Shown: positions 24,886 to 38,509, numbered from the stretch's first letter. The stretch: 64,000 nucleotides of DNA from Octopus bimaculoides (GCF_001194135.2 NC_068985.1:127287675-127351674); one strand, 5' to 3'. Notes: generated by a model not told the origin, from the letters alone. Numbers and translations: made by a program.

Positions 24886-26730
24886 GCCAGAGTTGTTTGT
24901 CTATAAAAAAAACTCCTTTCTTTCTCCTCCTCTCCGGCTGCTTTGCCGTCTGTGCGTGTGCGGTAGTTTTTTGTGTATATGTAGGCGAAATACAAATAGT
25001 TGTGCTTATGCATGTACATGTCTATTATGTATCCAAACATTTCTATTTGCGTCGGTTACAGATATAAATATTTCTGTGTGTATATATTTTTTTATTGTCG
25101 TGTCGATGAAGATGGTTGTTACTGGATGTAAAAATAATTCTTTCTTTCTTTTTTTTAAAATCTCGACGAGGTTTTTAACTAGATTGCACGTGTGTACATC
25201 CATATGTAATGCATTCTTATGGATGGATGGGTGTGCTAGTAAATATGAGTCTTGTGTGTGTAGTGTGAGCATTTAGGGAGTGTGCATCTGTATAAATAGT
25301 GCTCAAATCATAAAGACCGATCGTCAACAGTATTATTGTAATGGAAATGCTGGAAAGATATTGAAAATATAAACTGCAAAATAGCAACATTATGATTTAT
25401 TCTCGGCTCGTTTTGGTTTTCTCTGTTTACATAACGAATGTTATAATGTTATTGAAGAATGTGCTTCTAGATACCCCATGAATTTCAGTGTTCACATTAA
25501 ATCAATTTTAAGCATTCTTTTTCATTATAAAGTTTTATTTCCAAGGAATTGTAATCATGTTTTCTCTTTATATTTTCTACTGATCACTGACGGTTCAGAG
25601 ATCAACCTTTATTTACATGAGTGAATTCTCCAAAATTCTCGAGGCCTAAGGAGGACTTGAAGTACATACAGTATATAGAAAAATGCCGAAACATTAATTA
25701 TATAGTGTTCCAGCTGTTTGGACCAATAAGCAGTACATATAAATGCGCCTATTTGATGTTGGCAAGACAGATCTACAGATTGTTGTGACCTGCTCCAAAC
25801 ACTGCGCTGCACTATACGAATAGTGGCTGGATATGATTTGACTGTGCTGGTATGGGTGACACCAAAAGAAAACTGCACTAATTGTAATGTTAATTTCTCT
25901 CGTGGCTTAAATTCACACAATTGCATGGAATGATCATTGTCTATTTTATTTAATCGATCATAGTTACATGATTAGTTAGTACACTTACTCTATCTGTCCC
26001 AGAAGGAGGAAGTGCAGTCAATCCTAGCAAAATTTGGATTCAAAACGCAAAGCATTTTGTCCGGCTCCCTACACATTGGGCCATTTACAATAATTTTTGA
26101 TAGAAGTAAATCTTTTCAGTCATAGAATGTAGATAATGATGTGAAGTGATGTGTTTCTTCTAATCAAAAATCGAAACTTAGTTTCACTATCATACAGCAC
26201 TTGTCATGAACTCAATAATGACAATTACCATCATTAATGACAATTAATGACAATTACCATCATTAATTTGGAAACTTCTGTATTTGGGGAAAGTAGCTTG
26301 GATGGTTATTTGTAATATCGATAAACTTGTTGATTTTGTGTTACAAACGAATGATATGATGTAGAGCTACAATAGTGTAACCGAACTATCGAGGAAAATG
26401 TAGGACTAAAAGTATTTGGTGAGATCGTAATTGACCTGTGTTTCCGACTTATCGATAAACTGACGTATTGTTTGTAAATCGATGTTCGTTCTCCGCAGTA
26501 ATTGCTCTCTCTCTCTTTCTCTCTCTCCCCCGCTCTCGTCCTCATCACTTTTCATTCTATCTAGACTTTCTTTTAAATCACAATGGGCCTTTTCTTTTAG
26601 TATGTTTCAGGACATTAGTTCGCCATTCTATCATGAAATATCATTCAATTGTAATTTCTCTTGGCTAGATAGACACAAAGGAATTTTGGTTATTTTTCTT
26701 TTCTTTTTTCTTTTATTAATTCAAGAGTTA

Positions 26731-26961
26731 TACTAGGGGGTGCTAAAAAGTTCTTGGCTTTAAGGGTATTGCGAAAGGCCTAGTTGGAGGCCCAACCTTC
26801 CGAGTTCTTTTACAGGGCTTAGAAAAACTGAAGGACTGCTGCAATAAGTGTGCGAATCTGGAAGAGGAGGAATATGTCGAATAAAATCATAATTAACTGA
26901 TACTCCTGTATTTTCTTTTATCCAAAACCAAGAACTTATCAGCACCTACCCACTCCTTGTA
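26731..26961 (+). mobile_element. Internally deleted mariner (MITE) retaining the transposase C-terminus
   Basis: TIRs GGTGCTAAAAAGTTCTTGGCTTT and AAAACCAAGAACTTATCAGCACC with TA ends; internal QGLEKLKDCCNKCANL..EYVE-stop. Confidence 0.8.
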
Positions 26962-27029
26962 TAGTCAATTAAACTATCGCACTATATTGTTCAGTTAACA
27001 TCACCACCTGGGGAAAGACCCCCCCCCCC

Positions 27030-27460
27030 ATTTTCCTGCAAATTATTATTGTTTTCTTTTTTTGCTTTTTTTTTGCCAAAAACCCCCGTTTTCGGATAAT
27101 TGCCAAAAATCGGCATTTTGAAATATTTGCCCCCTTTCTCCAACTCCTTCATTTTTCCCTTTTTTCCCTAACCGTAACCGTAACCCCCTAACCCTAAAAC
27201 CCCAATGCTAATCCTAACCCTAAAATCCTAACTCTAACCACAAAAATTTTAAGCCCAGAAACATGGACAAACTGCTCCCAACAGAGTGGTCTCCGAAAAG
27301 ATACCCAAGGACCAGGTGGGCAAGATTTCCTTTCGTACTCCCCCCAAAACACCCCTTTTTTTTATTTAAAATTTTTTTCTACAGAAACCCCCGTTTTCAG
27401 CTATGAAGAATATGAATCTGCAAAAAAATTGCCAAAAATCGGCATTTTGAAATTCTCCGC
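27030..27460. repeat. Element with direct repeats flanking a degenerate (CCCTAA)n tract
   Basis: AACCCCCGTTTTC...AATTGCCAAAAATCGGCATTTTGAAAT near 27081 and 27385; CCCTAACCGTAACCGTAACCCCTAACCCTAA at about 27166-27239. Confidence 0.7.
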
Positions 27461-29319
27461 TCCTGGTAACAGGCATGACTTCACTAATATCATAAAAACC
27501 TTAGTATGAGGTTCTATATTCTATCAACCACTTTCATTACCTCACGTCTACCAGTAATAATAAATTTTGTTTTTGTTATCTCTTTTAGTAAGGAAATGAT
27601 GATGTACTTATCAGAATTGACTCAAGTGTACTTTGCTCACATTACATGGCTGTTTCTTATCTTGTCAGCCTCTGACAAGATTTGAACTGGTCGTTGGGAG
27701 TCGCTGAGTTATCCTGTACAGCTGGCTACCGTCTGTTCAGGTTCTTTTGCACTAATTACATGTATATAAATATGGCTAAAGTAGTATAGCTAAACTATTA
27801 TGTTTTTCTAATAATAATAATAATAATAATTATTATTATTATTATTATTTACAATAATATCAGCTCTGCTGAAAAATTGTTTTTACAATATGAATGAAAA
27901 ACACAATCATATGCTTACTGAAATACCAAATATTAGTTGACATTTTAAAATGACAGTATGTAAGTAACTTTAAATGTTTTCAGTGCCTCTGTTTATATAA
28001 TTCAGGCACATTTTTGAGGTTCCTTTCTATCAGGGTCTTATTATAATTGTTTAAATAGATCCTGTGGTTTGAGTGCTCAACATCACACATGCCCTTAGAT
28101 TTTAAGTCTTGAATGCTCTGGCCAGAAGCACTGCATTTTACAGTGCTCTGCTTAGCTGCATCTAATGATTTTTGCTATCTATTTATAATTAAGTATACTG
28201 AACCAGGGATAGTTTTAAGTTGATTTGTCTAGATCAATGATGTATGAACCACCAACTCTCTGGTTGGTAGTTCAATTTCCCTATTGACTTGGCTAGTTTC
28301 AAAAGATTTACTGTTAAAGGCGATGTTGCATTATTAATGGATTGCCCTTTGGAATAGATTATGCCTCATGCTTGGTAAATAGGTTTTCTTAAATACCCTC
28401 TGAGTATTCTCCAAATGCTTGTAAGGTAAAAAAAAAAAAATTCTGCCAGATTATAAAGATGACCTTATAATGAAACAGCATCGACTGTCTCAAATGTACA
28501 GTCTTGTTTCGTAATGAAACTTTTTGTCCTTGAGATCAGAATATATAAAATGTTACTTTTCAGTTGAATCTGTGGTCTTGTTCAATTCTCAGTTGTAGCC
28601 ATTGTACCTACCTCATTTATATAACTAATTCCACAGGAAAAGTCCTAGACATCACATAATTTGAAATACCTCTTTACAATTCTGAAGACTTCTAGGTTTC
28701 TCACTAAACAATATGAAGAGTGTGAAACACTTACAAGTGAGCTTTATTACACTTTTTGCTCCCCTCTTTTTAAAGGTGTATACATAGATTATTGGCTGCA
28801 CTGTGACAATCTCATTCTTCTAATTTTAACTCTTATCAGGGTAGTTTAAAATGTCAGTGAGCTGAGTTTCTGTGCCAAGTGTTTAATTGACTAAAAAACA
28901 AAAAACAAAACAATTCTCTTCAATTGTTAGTAACTGAAGGTCGTTATATGAAACTCAACTGGATGTCAAGAATGTGCTTTAGCTGTCAAGCAAGTCTTCA
29001 AAATTTCTAACCTAAAACTTTTGGAACCATCTTTGATATTTTCTTGTTGGCAAAATACCTTTGCCATAAACTTTTCAAATACTTCAAATTAAAAAAAAAA
29101 AAAAACTTCTAAAAGTGTTATTCCTTGTGAGTGTATGTAATAGTGATGCTATGCCTCTTTTAGGATCTCAATAGATTATCAATATTATATTTTTTTACAT
29201 GGTCTTTTGGACAATGATCTATCTTCTCTGCCCACTTCTTGGGAGGGTTGTATGAAGAGAGTCTTCAGGTACTTCCTTCATAGGGTCCTTTCAGAAGCAA
29301 CTGCCATTAGACTTTCCTG

Positions 29320-29570
29320 CTGGATTCCCAGGCATAATCAACTAAGACTATGGATATTATCCAACCCATCTCATTCTTGATCTCCTGCCAGTTGGTTCAG
29401 CTTGAATAATCTTGCAATTCTTTCCTGCTACATTCTAAACACATGTAGTACTGGAGCTGTGATCTCTCAATGCAAAGAAGTAGAAGCCTGACCTAAAGAG
29501 AGACTCCCTGATCTCTGAGCTACATACCTTGTTGAATGATGTTACTCCAGAGACCTTTCGGAGGAACCCA
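29320..29570 (-). mobile_element. RTE clade, Rex3/Expander-like C-terminal remnant (distinct from the dominant RTE)
   Basis: FLRKVSGVTSFNKVCSSEIRESL / LLLCIERSQLQY / EPTGRRSRMRW / LCLGI resemble FLRRVAG..RSS.IRE.L..LLL.IERSQLRW...LGI. Confidence 0.6.
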
Positions 29571-32028
29571 TTTGGGGAACTTGTATTTACAATCATACTC
29601 TTTCAGTCATTACATTTCTCCAGGTGAGGATAGGCACAAAAAGTTTGAGTCTTGTTTTCCTCATCATCATCATTTAACATCCATGGCACCAGTATCAGTA
29701 TCAATTCTGTTGTGGCAGGATTGCTATAGTCTCCTCACTTCTTGAGTACAGCAATGTGCCAGATATCTCAATCCTTAGTCTTACAATCAGCCTTTTATAT
29801 TTCATTCCATGTCTTCCTGGGCCTCCCTCTTCCACAAGTTCCATCCACTTTCAGTGATTGGCACATGGAGGGTTGGTTCTCATCTTTCCTGAATTGGTAA
29901 TAAGTATTTGCAAACTATTGTATTGACTTCTTAAAAAAGTTGTGAAAGTGGGTAACTTGGGCTTATTTCACGTGACGATATGTTGTATTCTCTTTTGCTG
30001 AAAAAAGTGTTCCTCCCACCTTTGAGGTCAGCCAGCTGGAAGAAAGAAATGGAGAGAGATTCTAATTTACAAGCTAATATCTACTTGCCGGACATATTTA
30101 ATATATATTAGTAAAATGTTAAACTTCAAATAAGAAATATAATGTATAAAAAAAAACATCATTTTGAAAGGTTAATCAATGTAAAATGATGTGATTATGC
30201 AAACTGGTACTTGGAACAATTCCTACATTTTAAACTGAATGATTTTGCCTAGTAGCAAAATACAGATTTATTGAGCAAATATATGTAGCTTTGTAATTTT
30301 ATACTACAATTGGGGAAAATTATATATCATTATAGTACAGACGTTCTGAAATAAATGTTGAAATTGTTTAAAATATTCTTCAGCTTAAACAATTGACTCA
30401 TAATTTTGCTTTTTCTTCTTCTCCCTTTTCATTTCGTTTGAAGTACTCAGAAGCATTGAAGGTTGGATGGGTCTGCACAGTACATTTTCCTATATACAAG
30501 ACATTGTTGGAACAGTTGTTATTTAGCTGTAGGTCAGCTCTGGTCATGCAGACCCATGATAAAAGGCATTCTAGCCTTGACCATCTTGTCTTTTTGTATA
30601 TCTAGTACTACATTGTCTAGTGTATTTTTTAAAATTTGGTTGTGTGAGATTTGAAGGAATTTCGTTGTTATTTCTTGCAGGGTGGCCAACTGCATAAAGA
30701 CACCTACATTGACTCATCAGAGCAGAGATTCCGTTTTCTGTAATGAGCATGCTGACTAAAAGATCAAAGATCTATTATCAAAGGGTGTATTGAATTCATA
30801 TTGTAAAAATGCTTAGCCTAGTAGTTAAGGTGCTTGGCAAACAATGTTACGAAGGTGGGTTTGTTTTCTGAGCCAGTTGTTGTTGTGTTCTTGAACAAGG
30901 GACTTCACTTTACATTGCTACAGTCTGCTCACTTAAAAACAAATACCAGAGTCATGCTGGTGTAGCTCCCCTCCCCCTCTCTCTCTCCAACTGTCACATC
31001 CTCAATGTTCCACAGGATCAATGGGTGTGAGAGCCAAGAGAGTGCCAGTCTGCTTGCGACTACATAGGCACCTTAAAAAAATTAGCAAAAGCCAAGTACA
31101 TACAACCAGGTTATACTTGTTTATGAGTGATGACTACCATTCAGCTATGTTTGAATTTTTATAGGACTCTTAGTGTTGACCCATTAGCATTTGAATCAGC
31201 CCTATCTGACCCAAATATTCTACCTGTTTTATGTTCAGATTAGCAATATCTGGCCTTTCACACCTACCCTTTTATGTCGTTTTAAAAGTAAACAATCGCA
31301 TCATCAAAATCTCAAAGCTATGAGATAATGCATGTGTAATTCAAGACTGAATAAATAAACATTACATTTAACAAATAATCTAAATACTAATAGGTAGAAG
31401 ACCCATCCACCACAGCAGAATTGATATTGGTGCTGGTACCTCATAAAAAGTACCCAGTACACTCTGTGGAGTGGTTTGTGTTAGGAATGGCATTCAGCTG
31501 TAGAAAACCTGCCAGAACAGACAATAGAGCCTGATGTAGCCCCTGGCCTTACCAGCTCCAGTCAAACCATCCAACCCATGCCAGCATGGGAAATGGATGT
31601 TGGATGGCGATGATGATGATGTTGGAAAGTTCTGACTATCGTGCTTTTCTTAAAAGTGAAACAAGAAGTGAAAACTAGGTTGCAAAGTTGCTCACCTCTG
31701 GTTCCCCCTATGCTTATCAGTTGGCTACAAATTAATACATTTGTAATATCAATCATTGACTGTATGAAGACTGAATATTTTTTTGGGTTTCAGTTTTTAA
31801 CTATCCGGCGATCCAGACTCCATTTTGTTTGCCTATTTGATATTAAACTTTCTTGTCTATAAAACACGATATAATCACCTTCATATTTTCTTTTACATGC
31901 TTTCATTGATTTTTCAAATTGAATGACCTTTATGGACTGTATAAATCATTATTTAGCTGTCAAAGAAATATTGATTCTCTGCTTTTAAATCATGTTTATC
32001 ACTACACAAAGGTTTCAGTTTTATATTC

Positions 32029-32830
32029 AAGAGATGAAGAATTATGTACATTATTTATATTTGAGAGATATTTGTTCTCATCTTGTTTGTTGTTAACACA
32101 ATGTTTCAGCTGATATACCCTCCAGCCTTCATCAGGTGTCTTGGGGAAATTTCGAACCTGGGTTCTTATTCCTAAGGTATTTTTTGATGTTATTATTATT
32201 ATTCAGGTCACTGCCTGGGTTAGTAGCCCGCGCTCTTAACCACTACACCATATGCCTATGGCCAATTATGGAGTGAATTTTAGGGCTTATAAATCTAATA
32301 TTTTCCTATTCTTCCTTAATACCAGTTCCCATAAGCTATTCATATCTGCACTCGGTCTGCTTAGGAGGTTGTTGTGTCCTAGCATATGTGCTGCTTCTTT
32401 CAGTTTTCGTATTTTCCAGTGTTGTTCCCTGTCTATTATTTTAACTTCATCCCACAGGGGGAGGTGGTCTCCATTTTTCCATACATGATCAGCTATACCC
32501 GATTTATCAATATCTCACTGTGTCATAGCTTTGCGGTGTTTCTCTACCCTTATTTTGAGGGGGCAACATGTTTCACCTTTGTATAGCCTACCACAGCTGC
32601 ATGGGATAGAGTACACGCAGTCTTTGGTCATATTCTCTTCTATTGGTGGTCTTACTTGAAGGAGATATTTGCGAAGAGTTGTATTACTCTTGAATACTGT
32701 CCTGATGTCATATGGGCTGCATATCTTTTGTATCTTTTCAGAGAGGCCTTTCACATAGGGTAGACAGACTGTGGACAGTTTATTGGTTTCATCCTCTCTT
32801 TTCTTCACAATAGAAGTGGATAGTATGTTT
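32029..32830 (-). mobile_element. 5'-truncated Penelope/Poseidon-type PLE: GIY-YIG fragment, 3' UTR, tRNA-like segment (B box deleted) and pLTR with hammerhead
   Basis: VCLPYVKGLSEKIQKIC...CVYSIPCSCGRLYKGET..LKIRVEKHRKA; 3' region matches the 48.7 and 51.2 kb copies. Confidence 0.9.
32095..32140 (-). ncRNA. Minimal type I hammerhead ribozyme (PLE pLTR)
   Basis: GACAC-CTGATGA-A-GGCTG..CAGCT-GAAA-CATT-GTGTT; intact CUGAUGA and GAAA, G16.2 changed to A (consistent with CpG decay). Confidence 0.75.
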
Positions 32831-34658
32831 TGGGGGTAGTTCTGGCTTAATGTACAAAGGTTTCATTTTATTTTCAGTATCATTTGTTTGTTTTTATGTT
32901 CACTTTTCCATAGGATGGAGGAATGTAAATTGAGGCATTATATTACTGTAAGATGCTCTTCTTGGGGCTAAGCCTCACCTGCTTCTCAGGTAATGGATTT
33001 TTTAATATTCTAATTGTCTTTAAAAGTGCAGAACTATGGGACAATTTTTTAGCAGGGAATGTCTCAAGCATCACTTTTTTTGCTTAAAGCTTTTTGCACA
33101 AGGATACAGAAGGCAAAAATGCTGACATAGAAGCATACACATATACATACATGCTTACGTGTATATGTATGTACATCTGTGTGTATGTGTGTGTGCTTCC
33201 ATATAGTTTCTATTGATAATTCACTCACAAGGCATTGACTGGCCCAAGGAGAAGATGCTTGCCCAAAATGTCGTCCAGTGGAATAGAACTTGACATCACA
33301 TTGTACCAAGGTATGCTCCATATCCATATGCTCAGGCCTCTTCCATCAGTATCTTTCTTTTTTCTTTGTAATTCCAATAGTAACAAATTATATAGTAAGT
33401 GGCAAAATCCCATAGTTGTTTCATTTCATTTAGCCATTTTAATACTGTCCAACCTGAGACTGTTGCTGGCTATATGATACAAATTTGAGATATAAACACA
33501 ACAGCTAACTCCATGTTGTTCATATATTTGAATGACTACTTACTTTACTTAGTGTTTGATTGGTACTAAGTAAGCTTGAATGGACGCAAAGTTTGCTCAG
33601 GATGTTGGATCACCATGCAAGCATGTTTTTGAGTCATTTTTGACTCGGTGTTTTTTTGCCTGTGTGTGTGTTTGTGTGTGTGTTTTGCACAGGTTGACTC
33701 AATTTTAGTCACCTTAGTTCAGTTATCTGTTTGAGCTAGATACACAATATGGGAATGTTTCCAAAGAGAGACTGGTGTTCTGTAGAGTTGAAGGTTTATA
33801 TCCCTTCCACTTCTTTCTCATAGAACAGCAGCTAAGGATTTAAGTTCATTGAGAGCCTCCTAAATCCAAGAAAACATTAAATTTCTTTTTAAACTTACTA
33901 TTGAGCAAGTCTTCCAGTTGTTCAATCTACTCTCTGAATTAATATGTGAAGTGGTTGAGTATTCCTCAGAAATGTATACCCTCTCAAATAGAATCAGCAT
34001 GATACAGTGTGCCGATAGGGCTGGACCTTTGAGTTGCAGACACAACTCATCTTATGGGCTTCTACAAAGTCTCCATGTACCCAGTTCCACTCACAAGGCC
34101 TGAGTTAATCTAAGGCTGTGGTAAAGGCACTTACTCGAGAGACCACACAGTGGGCTCAAATACAAGACCTCATGGTTGCAATGTGAACTTCTTAACCACC
34201 CCTCTATGTTGATATTCTTATATTGGTAATGTTGCATTGCATTGCATTATTCTTAATTCTCTCTTTCTCTCTGTTTCACAAATATTTCATGCCTGCGAGT
34301 AAAATTCTGTAATTTATTAATTATGTCTCAGAAGGTGTGTATGTGTTGGGGGAGAGACGGAAGGTGATCCTATGTGTAATTAAATTCTTAATTGACATGT
34401 TTAATTAAACCCAGCATCAAGCTTAATTTCAGTATCCATTTGAGTTTTAGCTGTTATAGCACTTGGGGGAAAGAAATCTCTTCTGTTGTCAATACTGACA
34501 ATGATATTACCAAAGTGACAAGAAAAATTATTTCTTCAGATTAACCACACAGACAATCTACTCCAATATGTTCATTCCTGGTACTTATTCTATTGACCCA
34601 AATCCAAATTTTAAGTCAACTACTCTTTGAATTAAACTGTGGACCCTGAGGCACCAAT

Positions 34659-34889
34659 TTAACCCTTCTGTGATGATATTTGTAAGTGGATACACAGTTT
34701 GGGTGTTTTGATTAATTTAGAAAGTGTGAGTATAACACCTAATGTTTACATTATTAAACCGGTGTTTGGAGCTTAAAATGTTTGTACATAACAACTTCAG
34801 TTAAAATATGAACACTTTAAAACTAGAAAATTTTTGTATGTTTCTGGAATCAAAGGAGTTATAAGGCTGGTTACTTTCAAAAGGGTTAA
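34659..34889. mobile_element. piggyBac-type MITE, family 2
   Basis: TTAA-CCCTT...AAGGG-TTAA ends; related decayed copy at about 35405-35605. Confidence 0.75.
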
Positions 34890-34980
34890 ACGTTATAAAA
34901 TAAGGGTGCATGTTTTACATAAAGTGAAAAGAACTCGGGTGCAAGTTATATAGCATTTTCATATTAAGTTGTTAAACATT

Positions 34981-35187
34981 TTAATCCTTTAGTATTGAAA
35001 CCAGCCATGTCTGGCCCATTCTGTTTTATGTTTAAACCAACTGGATCCAACTTGTCACACCTACCCGAAAAATAAATAAGCATACTACCAAAATTTCACA
35101 TCTTCAAGATAGTGTATGATTATTTTAAAACAATGTAAACAAACAAGCATTATATTTAACAAAGAAATCTGAATGCTAAAGGGTTAA
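34981..35187. mobile_element. piggyBac-type MITE, family 1 (about 210 bp; also near 31185-31390, 37097-37312, 37630-37836, 45179-45392, 48343-48567 and 63897-end)
   Basis: TTAA-CCCTTTAGCATT...AATGCTAAAGGG-TTAA consensus ends and shared internal sequence. Confidence 0.8.
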
Positions 35188-38100
35188 ATATAAAATATTA
35201 CTATTGTTAAGGTGGAAATAGTGGAGACAGTAGTGTGAGATGTGTCCATTTTTCCTTACTGGCGCGGGTTTGATAAACCTTGTTGAGGCAGTTTTTCTAC
35301 ATACATGCAAATATATATAACTTAAAGGCCTTACATTATGAAATTTTTACCCTTCCAAATTGTGGGTTAAAATCCTGGCTAACTACAATGCACTGGTGTT
35401 GATTTAATTTTTTTACCATATTCTGTTTCAATTAATTTCTAAAATAATGAAGAATTTAATAAGATAACTGTCATTATCAAACTGTTCTCTAGAGCATATG
35501 ATTCATTGACGAAAGCTTTTAATTTAGATTACTGTAAAGCAGGAAATTTGGGAAATTATAGAACCAGGAATGGTCTCAGACAGGTTGATATCAAAAGGGT
35601 TAATTGGCTGTTTTCCTTCCTTACTATAATTTGTCTCTTGCATAATTAGAATACAAAATGAAAATATATTTTTACTTTTTGGTGCCATCATGGCTGTGGG
35701 GTTAGGAAGTTTGCTTCAGAACCACTTAAGAGTTCAGTCCCACTCTGTGGATATTGTCAATTGGTCTCCTCTACTTAAGCTGTGGGTTGATCAACACCTT
35801 GGGTGAAATTTGGTTGACAGAAACTGGAATGTGTGTGAGTGACTGAGTGCATGCTGATTGTAAATTAAAGTGTCACCCTTCATACAAAAGGTGTCATTTG
35901 TATTTCTTTGTGAAAGCATATCTGGGTTTTATGACAAATCTCGAAATATGCTGATTCTAACCAGTGATGTTTGTTTGCACTCCTCTAGATGTCCATTGTT
36001 TGATAGACTGAAGGAATGATTATCATGCTTTGAAAAAAGATGAAAATTGGCATCAGGAAGGATATCTGGTTATAGAAAATTTTGCCTCACTGAAGTCTCA
36101 TCTGACCCATGCAAGCTTGGAAAAGTAGACATTAAAACAATGATAAAATATAGATAATGACTGGAGAGAGAGAGAGATTTCACTTTATAATGCTCTCTGC
36201 TATATGTTGACTGTGGTTTTTAAATGTAGAATATTTTCTGGTCTACTGTCATTTTTGGCAGGTTATCATTTAGTATTTGTATAAATAAGCATCTGTTCAT
36301 TCTTAATGTTGGTTTCCATGCTAGCATAGTTTTGTATGAGGACTATTTGTCTGCAGCATTTTATGGCTAGATGTCCGTCTTGTTGCCAACCTTTAAGTGT
36401 TTTTCAAAATATGTGATTTTGTTTTTTTATTTCACTGGTCTTTGAAACTGCCTGGTGACTGATCACTATGTCAATAAGGAATATAAAAATAAAATACCAT
36501 TTTGTTCAATAATAGTCAAAACTGTGGAATGACATTTATGTGTCTCTGCATGCACACACATAAACACACACACATGATAGGTTTCCATTGCTATTTCTGT
36601 CTGTCTGCTCCACTTACAAGGTATTTGTTAACCTGAGGCTATAGTATAAGACACTTGCCCAAAGAGTCATGCAGTGGGTTTGAACCTGAAACCACATGGT
36701 TTTGGGTTTGTTCTCACAGCATGGCACTGTGCTGAAGCTGATACCTTGTGAGCGGAATTGTTGGGTGTATGTAATCTGTTGGAAATTCATTGTGTGTGTG
36801 TGAGTGTGTTTCTATTGTCTTGATGGTGCATAAAAGCAAGTGACACTATGAATGGAGGATGTTGAAAACATGTCTGGTCATTAAGCTTTTCATTGTTTGA
36901 AGAACTGCAGCACGATAATACCTTACTTGGAAACAAGTGAGGATTGGCAATAGATAAATCATCCATCTGTGGGCAAACAGTCTCACTAAGTTGGTTTTTT
37001 TTGACTCGTGTTAGCAGAGATAAGTTAGAATGGTGATGGTATATCCTTTTTTTTCTTTTTCTTTTTATTTATTTTCAAGACCATAAGTATTTTGATTTAT
37101 CCCTTTAGCATTCAGATGACTCTGTCAAATGTAATGATTATTTATTCACATCATTTTGAATTAATCACACATTATCATGTAGCTTCAAAATTTCAATGGC
37201 ATGTTTGTATATTTTTAGAATAACATTGTAGGGTAGGTGTGAGAAGTTGGATCTGGTCATTTTAACATAAAACAGGTACAATATTTGGGCTGGATTAAAT
37301 GTTAAAGGGTTAAGAAATGGCAGGTATTATTTCTTGCAGTTTGAGCATCAACATAGAGAGATTCTCATTGGTTAATGATGTCAACTTTAGTGATGATGAT
37401 TCGTGTTGGTGCAACATATTTTCCATCCTATTAAAATCTTTGCCTACCACGTCCTGACCTCTGCACTACATGTTAATGAAATGGTCATTAATAAGTCTTA
37501 CTACCTACTGTACACCTGTTGCAATGACATTTTAGCAAATTTGTAAGAGATACCACAGTGAGGTCATTCAAGTTGATAGAAATAGCAACCAAATCTCCCT
37601 CATCACATCCTACCATCTTAACTCATTATCATTCAGATCACTCTGTCAAAAGTAATACTTAGTTATTCACATTGTTTTGAATTAATTGTGCATTATCTTG
37701 TAGTTTCAAGATTTCAATGATGCATTTGTTTATTTTCAAAATTACATTGAGCAGGTGTGAGAGGCTGGATCTGATTAGTTTGAACATAAAACAGAATATC
37801 TTGGCTGGATATGGGCAGTTAAAATCCTGATGGGTTAAAAAAACCAAAAAGGTGACATTGTATAATGTAATTGCAAGTTCCTTGTACATAGAAAATAGAT
37901 GGAATACTTTTCAGTATTGCTCTATCAAGCCTGACCTAGGGCTAAACAGCAACAACAATGATGTATATTTCACCCAAACCAACAATTGGTATTGATTTAT
38001 TTTTATTCCTCTTTGTATCATTTCTGGTAATGTTCAATGCCACATGAAGATGGAGCCAGATAACTTCAGCTGATGATGATACTGAATCTGCTGGATGCAC

Positions 38101-38509
38101 AGCCCTACACTCTGTAAATTTAATTTAGAAAATAATCTCTGATAATAATGTGATATTAATGAGATTAAATAGTAAAAATGAATCCATTTTTTACCTTTTC
38201 TTTTAATAACAAATAAAATAGGAAACTGAGAAAAATGACTATTGAAAATATTCTGTTCAGCATCCTCTGTAGTTTTCCGTTTTGCTTCTCAAAAAATGGA
38301 TATTATTGAAAATAATATTGTAGCAAGGGAGAAAGAAATAGTAAAATAGATTAATTAACTTAATTTTTTTTTCTTTTAATAATTTAGTGTTTCATAATAT
38401 TTGATTCTCTTTGCATGTTCTTAGGATCCTAACTCTCTTATTCATTCACATTCATGCTGTACACATCAGGACATGAATACTCTAGCACACTGACACATCT
38501 CCTTCAAAT

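Noticed and set aside
25609-25926. 105-aa minus ORF and Cys-containing plus frame
   Set aside because: No recognisable domain or convincing splice sites.
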